From positions 15,004,001 to 15,068,000 of the forward strand of contig OX597843.1 in the NCBI GenBank assembly GCA_951406725.2: a stretch of DNA of 64,000 nucleotides, written 5' to 3'. This stretch comes from Octopus vulgaris. Taxonomy: Eukaryota. A model generated the notes under the pieces. It ran no database searches, was not told the origin of the DNA, and saw only the letters and a list, made by a program, of their open reading frames with translations. The translations under genes were made by a program, and so were the position numbers. Of the stretch, positions 36,020 through 52,632 are shown in pieces (within the stretch, counting starts at the first letter, position 1; every line of letters starts with the position of its first letter).

Positions 36020-37460
36020 TAAGCCTGATGTGTCTTTTCAAGCACAGCAAACCGCTAGGAGCCTCAGCTCTCTGTCGTCCCTTCTGTGAGGCCCAATGTC
36101 TGCAGATCCCTTCTTACCAATTCATCCCACATCTTCCTGGGTCTACCTCTTCCACATGTTTCCTCCACAGCTAGAGATGCAACTGTCTTCATTCATACAC
36201 ATCATATGGCTATACCAAGGTAGTCCCTTCTCTTGCACACTACACCTGATGCCTCGAACACCCAGTTTTTCTCTCAAATCATTTACACTCTGTGCACACT
36301 GACATTATCCATCCAGTGAAGCAAAGCTGGCTTCATGTTTTTCAAGCCTTCACATAGCCTCAGCAGTCACAGCCCATGTAGCATAGCTGTTTGCACACAA
36401 TCATCATACAACCTGCCTTTCACTCTGAAAGAGAGGCCCATCATTACTAACAGAGGGAGTAGCTTGCTGAACCTTCTTATTCTTATTCTAGCAGCCATGC
36501 TTTCAGAATAACCACCCTCACAACTAACTTGGTCACTGAAATAGCAGAAACTGTCCCCTACTTCTAAGGATCTCCTCTGATATTTGAGGAAGTCTATTTT
36601 TTGGTACATTCCGTGCCGGTGGCACGTTAAAAGCACCAACCGATCGTGGTCGCTGCCAGCCTGTCCTGACACCTGTGCCGGTGGCACGTAAAAAGCACCC
36701 ACTACACTCTTGGAGTGGTTGGCGTTAGGAAGGGCATCCAGCCATAGAAACATTGCCAGATCAGACTGGAGACTGGTGCAGCCTCCTGGCTTCCCAGACC
36801 CTGGTCGAACCGTCCAACCCATGCTAGCGCGGAAAACGGACGTTAAACGATGATGATGATGATGATGATTCCTGGTGTTTAATGTCCCTGCACATCTGTG
36901 TCATGTAAAGACTACTTTCTCTGTTAATCTGCCAGTGATACTGCTGCACCTCTGCGCCTCTTATGTGTCCATAGGCTGCACTGGGTACACTTTATGGAAT
37001 TTCTCCCAACGTCTTTTCTACATATTGAGTAGGACAATCTCCCTTAAGGGATCTGTGATTTGTCTACTTTCCTACTTATTAGGATTTTGGTATTTGCTGA
37101 ATTAACTCTAAGACTCTTTTGATTCCAGTCCATGCTTCCATTCCTGAAAATTCTCCTTTAGTTCTGGTAGTGACCCGACAATAAGAACAAGGTCATCGGC
37201 AACAGAGGAGCTCCTAGGGGCAGCTTGTCTTAAATTCCTCATTTATAGCTCAAGGACTATGATAAACAAGAGGGGGCTCTGAACTGGTCCCTGGTGGACT
37301 CCTACTCGAACACTAAATTCCTTGCTATACTCATTGGCCACTTTCACCTTTCTGATAGCACCACCAAACCCCTATCTGTTCCCAGCTTCCACATTGCCTC
37401 CCAGATAAGGAAGGGGACTCTGTCAAAAGCCTTCTCCATGTTCACAAATGCCAGACACAA
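36020..37460 (-). mobile_element. Older decayed RTE LINE with a nested RTE-tail element (36610-36870, +)
   Basis: Minus-strand remnants MEKAFDRVP, ADDLVL, LEVGDSFCY and RVKGRLYD..TAMLHG. Confidence 0.85.
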
Positions 37461-37499
37461 ATTGGATTTTATATTGACAAAAAATTGCTTAGGTAGGCC

Positions 37500-37915
37500 C
37501 TTAACATTTAAGGAGAAGAGGGGTATACTAGAGTGAGGTGCCCCCTGCTGCTGTTATTAGGTAATTGGGGGAGGTGTAAAGTTTAGTTTCCTTGTTGGTA
37601 TTTGGGATGCGATTCTATCTTGAGGATTACATTTTGTATGAGTATTTTGGGATGTGTGAGAGGGAGTTAGATTTGCTGCTTTTTAAGGTTCAAGGTAATA
37701 AGTGGAGTGTTCCTATCTACTCTGCGGAATGTCATATTCATGGTTTTGGGGTGCATAGAATTAGGATTTCATTGAGCAGGGTGGTTCTTAAACTTAGTAT
37801 TAGAGAAGAATTATAATTTTTGCTCGAGACTACTTGCAGCAAGAGCTTGATTACAAAAGGTGGTGTGGTTATGGAATATCTCCTCTGTTACAGACAAACC
37901 AGAAATTCTAATAGA
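37500..37915 (-). mobile_element. Possible decayed Penelope-like ORF fragment
   Basis: IFHNHTTFCN..SLEQKL..FKNHP resembles the RA..C..EL..L..NGYP thumb region of PLEs; weak. Confidence 0.3.
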
Positions 37916-37919
37916 GATA

Positions 37920-38420
37920 ACATACCTTTCCATCTTGGAACACAAAACTCCACTTGTGAAGACCTGTTGAGGCAAGTGGAAATCAGAACCAAAATCGAAG
38001 TCGATCAACATCAATGGAAATTGCAGCTGTGATACCAGTGCCGGTGGCACGTAAGCGAACCATCCGATCATGGCTGTTGCCAGCGCTACCCCAACTGGCC
38101 TCTGTGCCGGTGGCACGTAAAAAGCACCATCTGATCGTGGCCATTTCCAGCCTTGCCTGGCCCCCGTGCCGGTGGCACATAAAAAGCACCATCCGACTGT
38201 GGCCGTTTGCCAGCCCCATCTGGCACCTGTGCCGGTGGCATGTAAAAAGCACCCACTACACTCACTGAGTGGTTGGTGTTAGGAAGGGCATCCAGCCGTA
38301 GAAACTCTGCCAGATCAGACTGGAGCCTGGTGCAGCCTTCTGGCTTCCCAGACCCCAGTTGAACCGTCCAACCCATGCTTGCATGGAAAGTGGATGCTAA
38401 ATGATGATGATGATGATGAT
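37920..38420 (+). mobile_element. RTE 3'-UTR element with four 60-bp units
   Basis: Homologous to 19195-19610. Similar copies at 39410-39912 (+), 40130-40310 (+), 40324-40540 (-), 48300-48590 (-), 50750-50997 (-), 54490-54722 (+) and 61320-61723 (+). Confidence 0.85.
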
Positions 38421-38424
38421 AACC

Positions 38425-38654
38425 AAAACCCTTTTGATACCAACCTGGCTGAAACTGTCTCTGGCTCTGTAGTCCAAATGTCTTCTTTTCAAAAATTCTT
38501 AATTAAAATCTTCCTCCAAACCTTAGTCTCAATATATGCTCCTAAAACTAGCTTAATGATAACTAAACTATTTTACTAAATTCTTTGTTATATTTAAAAT
38601 TAATTGAAAGAAACACGGAGCATCTCAACAGAAATATGGTATTGCAAGGGTTAA
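38425..38654 (+). mobile_element. piggyBac-type (TTAA) MITE-like element
   Basis: Imperfect TIRs cccttttgatacca / tggtattgcaaggg followed by TTAA; no ORF. A similarly built element is at 48609-48830. Confidence 0.55.
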
Positions 38655-38732
38655 ATGTGTAATTAAAAACACGTCTATGGTGATTGGAATAGACGTGGAT
38701 AGATTTTAGATATTCATTAAGTTTATGGCACT

Positions 38733-39190
38733 TACTTGTACTTGTACTTGTGGCGACATTCACCCTGGGCGGGTTGAGTCGGCTTCTTCTAGCACTCTCG
38801 AGGCATCTCGAAGAAGTTGGAAGAATTTCGTGGGAATATGTGGATTTCACAAGCGGTCCCCAACAATCCCGCATGTGGAGACATCTTGTTTGCCACAGAT
38901 TGTCCGCAGACGCAGGGACAGAACGACTGAGGAGCCACCGGTTGCCGAAACAGACACTCTGAGGATTTTCACCAGAGCCCCGTCTGCCGGGCTGTGGCCC
39001 TAATACCACTCGGTGTCAGACCAATCTGCCTTGGGTGGCCCTACTAGGAATCGAAGTTCCTGATGGCATAGCTCTGACACTACCCGTTGCCAGTGTCCCC
39101 ACCACGGTGAGGAGGGAATGGACTTTGGGGACGCATGGAAAGTTTATGGTTTGGGGAATAACACGAATAGTTTACAGTAAATCGAAAGTT
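38733..39190 (-). mobile_element. Short non-autonomous element with an RTE/BovB-like 5' head and (CAAGTA)n tail
   Basis: Minus strand ctcctcaccgtggtgggg..agagctatgcc..agggccacccaaggcaga resembles the 5' UTR of BovB/Expander RTEs as I recall it; ends in caagtacaagtacaagtaagt. Confidence 0.55.
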
Positions 39191-40539
39191 ACCTCAGGGA
39201 AATTGGCAATTTGATTGGTATTTAGCACAGGTGATCAGCTGCAGGATGAACGTATGGGACATCTGCTATACCTCATCCCTTTATCTATCTATGTATAGGG
39301 ACCCTCCTCACCTCTTTCAACAAGTATAGCCCCACTCTACAGATTAGGGTATCTTCTGTCTTCCCTCTGCCCTGTAGCATAATATTTCTATTATATTCTA
39401 TTAGATTCCGAGATCTCTGGAGATATGCTGTGACTGCAAAGACCTGGGCTGCTTCCAGCACCAATTCCGCATAGCCCCAGCCCATTCAAAGTACCTTGGA
39501 TTTCAGAACAACCCGCTGTGCTTGAGGAGACCTATTGAGTCAAGTACATGAACATCGAAATAAATATCAAATGGAAATAGTAGTTGAGATACCTGTGCCG
39601 GTGGCATGTAAAATGCACCATCCGAACGTGGCCGATGCCAGCTCCGCCTTGACTGGCTTCCGTGCCGGTGGCACGTTAAAAGCACCAACCGATCGTGGCT
39701 GTTGCCAGACTCCCCTGGCACCTGTGTGGGTGGCACGTAAAATGCACCCACTACACTCTCGGAGTGGTTGGCGTTAGGAAGGGCATCCAGCTGTAGAAAC
39801 ACTGCCAGATCAAGACTGGAGCATGGTGCAGCCTCCTGGCTTCCCAGACCCCGGTCGAACCGTCCAACCCATGCCAGCATGGAAAACGGACGTTAAACGA
39901 TGATGATGATGATTCACTCTTTATTAAAAGACAAAACTGGCATCTTCCACCATTCACTGCCATGAATTATCATCAAACATTCTTATTTGAAACTGCTAAT
40001 TAACCTTACCTGCAACTTCACTATTCATTTGATCATGGAGACGCATAACACAAACCTATTTTGCTCTGTTCTGTCCTTCATTTCCGACAAACTGAAGCCA
40101 AGCAAAATCACAGTCAGGGCAGAGAACGGTGTCATACAAATGGCACCCATGTGGGTGGCATGTCAAAGCACCCATTACACTCTTGGAGTGGTTGGTGTTA
40201 GGAAGGGCAACCAGCCATAGAAACCATGCCAAAACAGACTGGTGCAGTCTTCCAGCTCTGGTCAAACTGTCCAACCCATGCAAGCATGGATAACGGACAT
40301 TAGATGATGTTGGTGATATCGTTATCATCATCGTTTAATGTCCGGTGTCCATGCTGGCATGGGTTGGACAGTTTGACCAGAGCTGGCAAGGCTGGAGAGC
40401 TGCACCAGCTTCCAGTCTGCTTTGGCATGGTTTCTACGCCTGGATGCCCTTCCTAACACCAACTACTCTGAGAATGTAGCGGGTGCTCTTTATATGCCAC
40501 TGGCATCAACCATGTTTGGATGGTGCTTTTTACGTGCCA

Positions 40540-40573
<34 letters not shown>

Positions 40574-40712
40574 TCACGGAATTAATTAACAATTAACACG
40601 GAAAAAAATAAATAAATAGTTACCAGGGTAGCAAAACTCTCACAAGTAAAGATGTTGTAACTCCTAGTTTATAAAGGTAGAAACTTCGTGTTTACGTTGA
40701 ATATTTTGAATA

Positions 40713-40796
40713 ATATATGAATAATAAATGGAATTTAATGCAGGTGTAAATCATTAAAATATTTGATTTACACCTGCGTTAAACTCCATTTATTTA

Positions 40797-40806
<10 letters not shown>
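40713..40806. repeat. Inverted repeat, about 41-bp arms, running into (TA)n
   Basis: 40713-40753 pairs with 40764-40806. The arm aaatggaat..gcaggtgtaaa also occurs at about 63456-63480, next to a hammerhead motif. Confidence 0.85.
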
Positions 40807-40831
<25 letters not shown>

Positions 40832-41619
40832 CCACTAACAATGCTTTCATTGGCCTGAGGCTATAAAAGAAGAAACTTGGCCAAGGTGCCATGGAGTAGG
40901 ACGGAACCCAAGATGACATTGTTGAGAAGCAAGATTCTCATCACACCAACGCCTAGAAAAAAAAATGGTGGTCGTACAAACATATTAACAGAATGAAAAG
41001 TTTCATAGCTTTGCACACGATGTGTGTCAGTATGTATATGCACACACCAGCCAAAAGAAGTTCACTGCCCAACCACATGGTTCCGGGTTCAGTCCCACCT
41101 TGGGTACTATAGCCTCGGAAAGACCAAAGCCTTGTGAGTGGATTTGATAAACAGAACCTGAAAGAAACACCTCGTGTTTGTCTTTGCGCTTGTATTTGTC
41201 CACCACCACCACCACTTGGCAACCGGTGTTGGTTTGTTTACGTTGACATAACGTAGCGGTTCGGCAAAAGACTCTGATAGAATAAGTACCAAACTTAGGA
41301 AACAAAAATAAGTCCTGGGGTTGATTTGTTCCACTCAACATTTCAAGGCGGTGCTCCAGCATGGTCGCAGTCCATTGACGGAAACAAGTAAAAGATAAAC
41401 GATTATCTTCGTCTGAAAGGTGTTTGTAGAAAATTCCACGAAAAAAAAAAATTCATAGGTGCAGGAGTGGCTGTGTGGAAAGTAGCTTGCTAACCAACCA
41501 CATGGTTCCGGGTTCAATCCCACTGCGTGACACCTTGGGCAAGTGTCTTCTACTACAGCTTCGGGCCGATCAAAGCCTTGTGAATGGATTTGGTAGACGG
41601 AAACTGAAAGAAGCCCATC

Positions 41620-41686
<67 letters not shown>

Positions 41687-41687
41687 T

Positions 41688-44390
<2,703 letters not shown>

Positions 44391-44400
44391 GATGATGATG

Positions 44401-44442
<42 letters not shown>

Positions 44443-45259
44443 ATGTATATAATGTGTGTGTGTGTGTGTGTATCTGTTTGTCCTCCACCATCGCTTGACA
44501 ACCGATGTTGGTGTGTTTACGTCCCCGTAACTTAGTAGATCGGCAAAGAGACCGATAAAATAAGCACTAGGCTTACAAAGAATAAGTCCTGAAGACGGTT
44601 TGTTCAACTGAAGGTGGTGCTCCAGCATGGCCGCAGTCAAATGACTGAAACAAATAAAAAAAAAAAAGAATAAAAGAATTATTCTGAAAGTTATGAGGAA
44701 ACAAATTCGACGGGGCACATTGTGTAGGTTTGGTCCAACGTTACGTCAGAGCAGCGATGGTGAAAGCGACAGCGCGTCGGATAAAACGAGTTGAAATTTT
44801 TATTTACGTTCCGTCGCATTCTGCGTTCGAATCTCGTCAGAGTCGATATTACTTTCTTGGGTTTTCCGGGTCGGTAAATATAGTTAAAGCAAAGATCAAG
44901 TGAGCTACTATCGATGGTTGACCTAAGATCGGTCTTTCTGCTTACACTTTTCGCCACTCCTGTGTTACAAATTTTTATTTCCCCTACAGACATCCGTAAT
45001 GGCTAAACTAAGGCCCCAATCCTCCAGCAAGAATTTTTTTAAAAATAAATAAATCTGTACATTTTTTTTTACTTCGCTTTCGGTCCTCCGTAAACAGCTT
45101 GGCCTTAACCTCCAACTTGTGGCCTTGTGCTGTGTTAAACTCGTATTTCATGCTCCACCTGGGACAAAAAAAATAATCTTTAAGCACAAAAAAACCTATA
45201 CAGTTTTATATCACTTACGGTGATCCGTAAGTTGGTCGGGTTTTAGCGTCTCATTAATC

Positions 45260-46070
45260 GTTTTTCTCTTTCTCTCCCTCTCACTCTCATACATTCATCT
45301 TTCACTCTCTCATATTCTTTATTTTCCTCTCTCTCCCTCTCTTACTTCTCTACTTGACGCTCTTCCCTCTCTTTCTCCCCCTTCCTCTTCCGTCCATAAT
45401 TTTTCCTCCTATGTACATATTCTCTCCCTCCGTCTTTCTCTGTCCTCTATTTGTGTCTTTCTTTCTCTCTCTATTTCTCATTTTTCCGTCTCTTTCTTTC
45501 TGTCTTTCTTTCTCTCTCTCTCTTCCTGTTTCTTACACTTTCCCTCTCACTCTCCTTCTTACTCGCCCCTTTCCTCTCTTTCTTTTTCTCTCTCTCTATT
45601 TCTTATCTTTCCCTCTCTTTCTTTCTGCCTCTCTTTATATTTCTCTTTCTGTTTCTCCCATTTTCTCTTTCGCTCTTTCTTACTCGCCCCTTTCCTCTCT
45701 TTCTTTCTCTCTCTCTCTCTCTCTTCCTGTTTCTGTTTCTCACACTTTCCCTCTCGCTCCTTCTTTCTTCTCTTTCTTTCTCTCTCTCTCTATTTCTCAT
45801 TTTCCCTCTCTTTCGTTTTCTCTCTCTTTTTCTGTTTCTCACACCTTCCCTCTCGCTCTCTTTCTTACTCGCCCCTTTCCTCTTTTTCTTTCTCTCCCTC
45901 TCTCTATTTCTTATTTTCCCTCTCTTTCTTTCTGCCTCTCATTATTTCTCTTATTTTCCCTCTCGCTCTCTTTCTTATTCGGTCTTTCCCTCTCTTTCTC
46001 CCACTTTCCCTCTCGCCCTCTTCCCTCTTCACCCCCACCCACTCTCTCTCTCTCTCTCCTTCGATATTTC
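45260..46070. repeat. Long polypyrimidine (CT-rich) tract with degenerate internal repeats
   Basis: About 800 bp almost purely C/T; cttactcgcccctttcctct recurs three times. Confidence 0.9.
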
Positions 46071-46273
46071 TTCTTCCGTCCGGCCTCGTTCTCGCCTCCA
46101 ATGACGAAAGAAGATAAAGAAACAAGGGGAGACAACACCGGGTCGCCGCCACTGCATCACACACACTCATAGATACACACACACACACACTCTCTCACAC
46201 ACACACATACGCTCACCCTCTCCACACACTCACACACACACACATTATATACACAACATATACAATGGTGAGT
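46070..46273 (+). other. Candidate first exon of an unidentified gene, ending ATG|GTGAGT
   Basis: CpG-rich unique segment; acaATG at 46265-46267 is directly followed by a consensus donor GTGAGT. Confidence 0.4.
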
Positions 46274-46389
46274 CGTCTCTTCTCTATTTTTCTTCTGCCC
46301 ATCTCGTTCCTCGCACTCAAATATTTCTTTACCTTTTACCATTTCTACAAATAATATACATTCCTGCTTCGAGCTGGGAACAGGCGGCG

Positions 46390-47060
46390 TGTATACATAC
46401 ATACATAGATATATATATACGTATGTATACATGCATAGATATATATACACACATACCTGTATACACATATTTTTTTTGTATATAAATGTATATCTATATA
46501 TATTACTGCATGTATGTATGCTTATATATCTATGCTGAGATTCCCTTTACTTATACATATATATATATGTGTGTATATATAAATTATAGGTATATATATA
46601 TATATATATATATAAATTATATATATATAAGCACATAATATAAATAATATATATATGTACATATATATATATTAGATGTACATATATATACATATGTATA
46701 ATAGTAATATCTATATATACATGTGTATATATAGACATATATAAATATACACACACATATATATATATAACACAACTATATATATATGTACATATATATA
46801 TACATATGTATAATATAATATCTATATATACATGTGTATATATAGAGGTATATATATATATATACACACACATATATATAACACAACTATATATATATAT
46901 ATATATACATATGTATAATATAAATAATATCTATATATACATGTGTATATATAGGCACATATATATATATATATATATAGACATATATATATATATATAT
47001 ACACACACATATATATATATAAAACACGAATATATATATATGTATATTTGTGTGTGTGTG
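46390..47060. repeat. TA/CA-rich degenerate tandem repeat
   Basis: Directly visible, with about 110-bp periodicity at 46680-46960. Confidence 0.85.
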
Positions 47061-47398
47061 TATTCCGTTGCAATTTGTGTCTAACCTAAGCTTTTGGTAT
47101 CAAAACATTTTCTACTCTTATAAAAATCCAGCGAGTTTTTCGTTTATATTTGCTCCCCCCCCCTTTTTTCCATTTCTCTCTCTCTCTCTCTCTCTTGATT
47201 CTCTTGTCTTTCACTCTATCTCTCTCTCTCTCTCTCTCTAACTCTCTTTACCTTTTCTCTCTCTCTTATCTATCCTTTCTCGCCTCGTGTGTCTTTTTTT
47301 TCAAAGGTTTCCTCTCTTTTTCTCTCTCTCTGGGGTATATATACATACATATATACATATACACACACACACATATTCATGTATTTCCTCTTTCCTAG

Positions 47399-47453
<55 letters not shown>

Positions 47454-47767
47454 CCTACCAATATCTTATTTCACTGTCTTCGTTTCAATCTTGATGTGAT
47501 TGTCTATATATCTATCTTTTATTTGTGACTGTATGTGTGTGTGTGTGTATATATATATACACACACACACATATACACCCATGCATGCGTGTAGTCATAT
47601 GTAAGGTTACCTTTCCAGACTACAAACTTTGAACAGCAGGTTTTCGTGATTTTTTTTCTTTTAATGTTATGGTAGCACAAAATAAACACAAACTACACAC
47701 ACACACCGTCATTACATGCATGCTCACACACACATGCATACACGCATACACACAAGCACACATACAT

Positions 47768-47823
<56 letters not shown>

Positions 47824-47879
47824 ACCAGATTCACAGACACGCATTGCAATGGCTGGTGTGCTATCGTTATTAATTGCTA

Positions 47880-48290
47880 AAAGGACAAAGAAGATTGTCG
47901 AAAAACAAACGGGCAATAGAGCGGCATCGAACGGACAGAGCGGGTTATGAAAGCAACGGAAAGACTTGTAGCCGCTCTAATTAAAGAGAGAATTAGTTAA
48001 AATGCAGTTTGGGTTTGTGTTAGGTCAGGGTTACGTTGACGGCCTTTTTACTAATGAGACAGAAGTCAAGAAAGGTGCGGCCCTTCTACCCGGCATTTGT
48101 TGACCTGCAGAAGGACTTCGGTGGCATACATAGCTCTTTGGTTGTGAGACAGCCACAGCAGAAGTCAACCACTTTACCTAACGTTTTTTTGACCTGGAGA
48201 AGGAATCTGATGGGGGTTCCCCCCCGACCTGTAGTCTGCTGGTTGCTAAGAAAACTAAGTGTGGGTGAATGGGAGAGCCAGGCAGGTGAT
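47880..48290 (+). mobile_element. Decayed RTE RT fragment
   Basis: MQFGFV, AFVDLQKDF and WLLRKLSVGEW remnants. Confidence 0.7.
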
Positions 48291-49223
48291 GTCCTGAGAT
48301 CACCATCATCGTTTAGCGTCCGCTTTCCATGCTGCCATGGGTTGGACGGTTCAACTGGGATCTGGGAAGCCAGGAGGCTGCACCAGGCCCAGTCTGATCT
48401 GGCAATGTTTCTACGGCTGGATACCCTTCCTAACGCCAACCACTCCATGAGTGTAGTGGGTGCTTTTACGTTCCACCGGCACGGAGGCCAGGCGAGGCTA
48501 GCAACGGCCACGTTCGGATGATTCTCTTATGTGCCACCGGCACTGGTATCATAGCTACAATTTCCATTGATGTTGATCGATTTTGGTTTGATGCTGGCAG
48601 AAATTAGTTTAACCATTTAGCATTTAAACCGGCCATATCTCACAAACAGTCTACCCGTTTTGTATTCAAACTAGTCAGATCCAGCCTCTCACACCTACCC
48701 AACAATGTCATTGTACAAATAATCACATCATTGAAATCTCAAAGCTATAAGATAATGCCTGATTAATTCAAATCAATGTAAATGAATAAGGATTACGTTT
48801 GCCAGAATAATCTGATTTTTAAAGGTTTGATAAGGAGTGTAGCCTGCTGGTATGTGGTCATCAATTCCCCCATTCCTATTTATGACAGTTCTTCAGTCCA
48901 ACAGAGAAGTATTTATGACTGGGAACTTCATCATTTAACATCCTCTTTCCATGCTGGCAGGGGTTGGACAGTTCGACAGGAGCTGGCGAGCCAGAGGTCT
49001 TCGTTGGCATGGTTTGTACAGCTGGATGCCTTTCCTGTAGCTAAACACTACTGAGTTGACTGCATGCTTTTCATGTGGCACCAACACTAGTAACTGGCAA
49101 GGCAGGATCCCTCAAGTAAGTGGCTTTGTGCCAGCTGATGTGAGACAAGGATGGGTGTCTTGCTGTAGGGGAGATACATGGTTACCCTCGTTGCAAAAGT
49201 GCAAGGTTGATGGGGAAGATATA

Positions 49224-49665
49224 AGTTAAGTTAATTTTTTTGGTCAAAAAGCAAAAAGCAAGGCCATGTAGGGGGACATGGAGTTATGTACAGGGTGGTG
49301 TTCATGCAAAGAGTTCAGGCCATTTGTGGTCAAGGGAGACTTTGAACCGAGCGCTCGTCGGCATCTTCACTATCTCGTCTGGCAGCTTATTCCATGGATC
49401 TGCAACCCGGACGGAGAAAGCCCCTCTCCTTCGATTGAGATGAAATCGTCGCAGCTAGAGCTTTTCGGAGTGACTCCGCAGCCGACGCTCTGGAGCAGGA
49501 GTGAAGAACAGCTCTTTCGAGAGGTTACACTTTCTGCTTATGATGTTGTGAGCAAGAATGAGATCACCACAGCATCATTGTTTTTCTAGAGAATAAAGGT
49601 CGAGCGTCTTCAGCCTTTCTTCATAAGACAAATGCTTGAGACCAAGAACCATGCGGGTAGCCAGT
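49224..49665 (-). mobile_element. CR1 LINE 3' fragment (same family as 15074)
   Basis: Near-identical to 15074-15482 and extends to LATRMVLGLKHLSYEE. Confidence 0.9.
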
Positions 49666-49927
49666 TATGTATGTCAATGAGTTTTTGTAGCTATGTATAT
49701 TGAGGGCTTTAAGAAATTCCAAATGTGCTGAATCCAGGAAAGGAAGAGGTAGCAAAGACATACTTCAGTTGGCAGACAAATGATGACAAAGGGTCAGATG
49801 ATGTGTATTTGAGGCAGATTTTTAGGGGGCCAAATGCTCTTTCTGCTGCCAACCTTCACCTGTTTCTGAGTGGGGCCATTTTGCTTGTGGCTAAACACTT
49901 TCTCACAGAATATTGGAAAAGACGCAA

Positions 49928-50089
49928 ATGTAGGAATGGCTGTGTGGTAAGTAGCTTGCTTACCAACCACATGGTTCTGGGTTCAGTCCCACTGTATGGC
50001 ACCTTGGGCAAGTGTCTTCTACTATAGCCTCGGGCCGACCAAAGCCTTGTGAGTGCATTTGGTAGACGGAAACTGAAAGAAGCCCGTCG

Positions 50090-50128
<39 letters not shown>

Positions 50129-50485
50129 CTGTGTTTGTCCCCCTAGCATTGCTTGACAACCGATGCTGGTGTGTTTATGTCCCTGTCACTTAGCGGTTCG
50201 GCAAAAGAAACTGATAGAATAAGTACTGGGCTTACAAAGAATAAGTCCCGGGGTCGAGTTGTTCAACTAAAGGCGGTGCTCCAGCATGGCCGCAGTCAAA
50301 TAACTGAAACAAGTAAAAGAGAGAGAGAGAGTACACACATACATATACGAGGGTCTTCTTTTAGCTTCTGCCTACCAGATCCACTCCCAAGGCTTCAGTC
50401 GGTCCGAGGTGCCATGCAGTGGGATTGAACCCCAAATCATTTGGTTGGTAAGCAACCTTCTCATCATACAGCCTTTCTTGCACCT
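49928..50485. mobile_element. CORE-type SINE (49928-50320, +) and an inverted partial copy (50350-50485, -)
   Basis: Match the 8628 family. Confidence 0.85.
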
Positions 50486-51202
50486 ATGCCTGATACAAAT
50501 TATGGGTGCACAAGTGATACAGTGGGATCGGAGGCAGGCTGATGGAGAAGGACTTTGTATGTAGCAGATGTACTGCACATCATCATCCACTTTTCCATGT
50601 TTGCATGGCCTAAGTGGAATTTGTTGAGGGGAATTTTTTTCTGGCTGGATGCCCTCCCTGTCACCAACCCTCACCTCTTTCCAAACCTCCTGGCATGATT
50701 GGGATGATGCTCATTCACAACAGTCGCACAATATCAAGATGTGTGTGTATCATCATCATCGTTTAACATCCGCTTTCCATGCTAGCATGGGTTGGACGGT
50801 TCAACTGGGGTCTGGGAAGCCAGGAGGCTGCACCAGGCTCCAGTCTGATCTGGCAAAGTTTCTACGGCTGGATGCCCTTCCTAATGCCAACCACTCCGTG
50901 AGTGTAGTGGGTGCTTTTTACGTGCCACCGGCACAGGGGCCAGGCCAGGCTGGCAACGGCCATAAACGGATGGTGCTTTTTATGTGCCACCGGCACATCA
51001 TCATCATTTAATGTCCGTCGTCCATCCTGGCAGGGGTTGGACAGTTTGACTGGGTTGGCAAGCTGGAAGGCTGCACCAAGGCTCTAGTTTGATTTGGCAT
51101 GGTTTCTATGGCCAGATGCCCTTCCTAATGCAAACCACTCCAAGAGTGGTTTTATATGCCACTGGCCATGGGTGCCAATTTGTGTGACACTAGTATCTGC
51201 CG

Positions 51203-51679
51203 TATGAGATGGCTTGGGCATGTTAGCCGTATGAAAGATGGCAGGATCCCCAAGGACATACTCTACGGAGAGCTTGCTAGGGGTACTAGGTCTGTGGGTT
51301 GACCGTTCTTACGTTACAAGGATGTTTGCCAAAGGGACATGAAGGCCTACAACATCAATATTAGCAATTGGGAAGCAGTTGCCAGCAACTGTGGAGATTG
51401 GTGACGTACCGTAAAAGAGGGAATACAAAGGAGTGACAGAGAGAGAGAGAGGAGAAATGGAAAGACAAGAAAAGACGTCAACAAGAAACTATGGCATTAC
51501 AACCAGCCAGAAACAGTCTTCGCTACATTTGCGGTACCTGCCAGAGGGAGTGTTTGTCCAGGATAGGACTACACAGCCACAGCAAGAGATGTATTAGGAC
51601 ATAAAATGTAAAAGCTGGACTAGACTATTTTATGCGCAACTCCATTGTCTCCCGAGACAAAAAGGATGCCAACAACAAG
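51203..51679 (+). mobile_element. RTE (BovB-like) LINE 3' fragment
   Basis: RWLGHVSRMKDGRIPKDILYGEL..RYKDVC..YICGTCQRECLSRIGLHSH; (CAA)n tail. Confidence 0.85.
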
Positions 51680-51770
51680 TATCTGCCATGACTGATTTTG
51701 CTCAGCTTGACGAGTCTTCTCAAGCACGACATAATGACAAAAGTCTTGTCATTGCGTCCGGCCCAACACA

Positions 51771-51813
<43 letters not shown>

Positions 51814-51818
<5 letters not shown>

Positions 51819-52080
51819 TGCAGCGTGGAAGGTGTTTATAAGCCATTTAAGAAACACACAAAAGCCGTTCGATTCACTTCGTTTAAGTTTAATTTGTCAA
51901 AATATTTTCGTCGCTAAAATCCGCGACCTGTTCGCTGACAAAAATCCGTGCTGCATCTCTGCATCCATGAACAGGTCGCAGATTTTAGCGACGAAAATAT
52001 TTTGACAAATTAAACTTAAATGTTGAAGTGAATCGAACGGCTTTTGTGTGTTTCTTAAATGGCTTCCACGCTGCAATTGT
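51814..52080. repeat. Long inverted repeat (about 115-bp arms) adjacent to (TA)n
   Basis: 51814-51933 pairs with 51969-52080, with two small indels. Confidence 0.9.
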
Positions 52081-52388
52081 TTTCGTTTCAGCACACGATC
52101 TCAGATCAAATTACTTGCTATGCGAGTACATCTCCTATATATATATATATATATATATATACATACACATATACATATATACTCTTATATTCTTATACAT
52201 GTTTCAGTCATTTGACTGCAGCCATGCTGGAGCACCGCCTTAAAGGGTTTTTTTAATCGAAGATATCAACCCCAGGACTTAATCTTTGTAAGCCTAGTAT
52301 TTGTTCTATCGGACCCTTTTGCCAAACCGCTAAGTTACAGGGACATAAACATACCAACATTGGTTGTCAAGCAATGGCAGGGGAACAA

Positions 52389-52434
<46 letters not shown>

Positions 52435-52588
52435 CTATAAAATGATATGTTACAATTACTCAATAGTCAAGATAAAACTCTGAGTTTCAGATGCCAAAGT
52501 ATTTTCCTCTATTTACATAATATTGAGGTCTCTTTCTTTCTTTTATTATCTTACCGTTTTTACCAATATATATGTGTATATATATATA

Positions 52589-52632
<44 letters not shown>

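Noticed and set aside
45354-46172. 272-aa hydrophobic ORF
   Set aside because: CT-tract translation; only the last 23 codons are non-repetitive.
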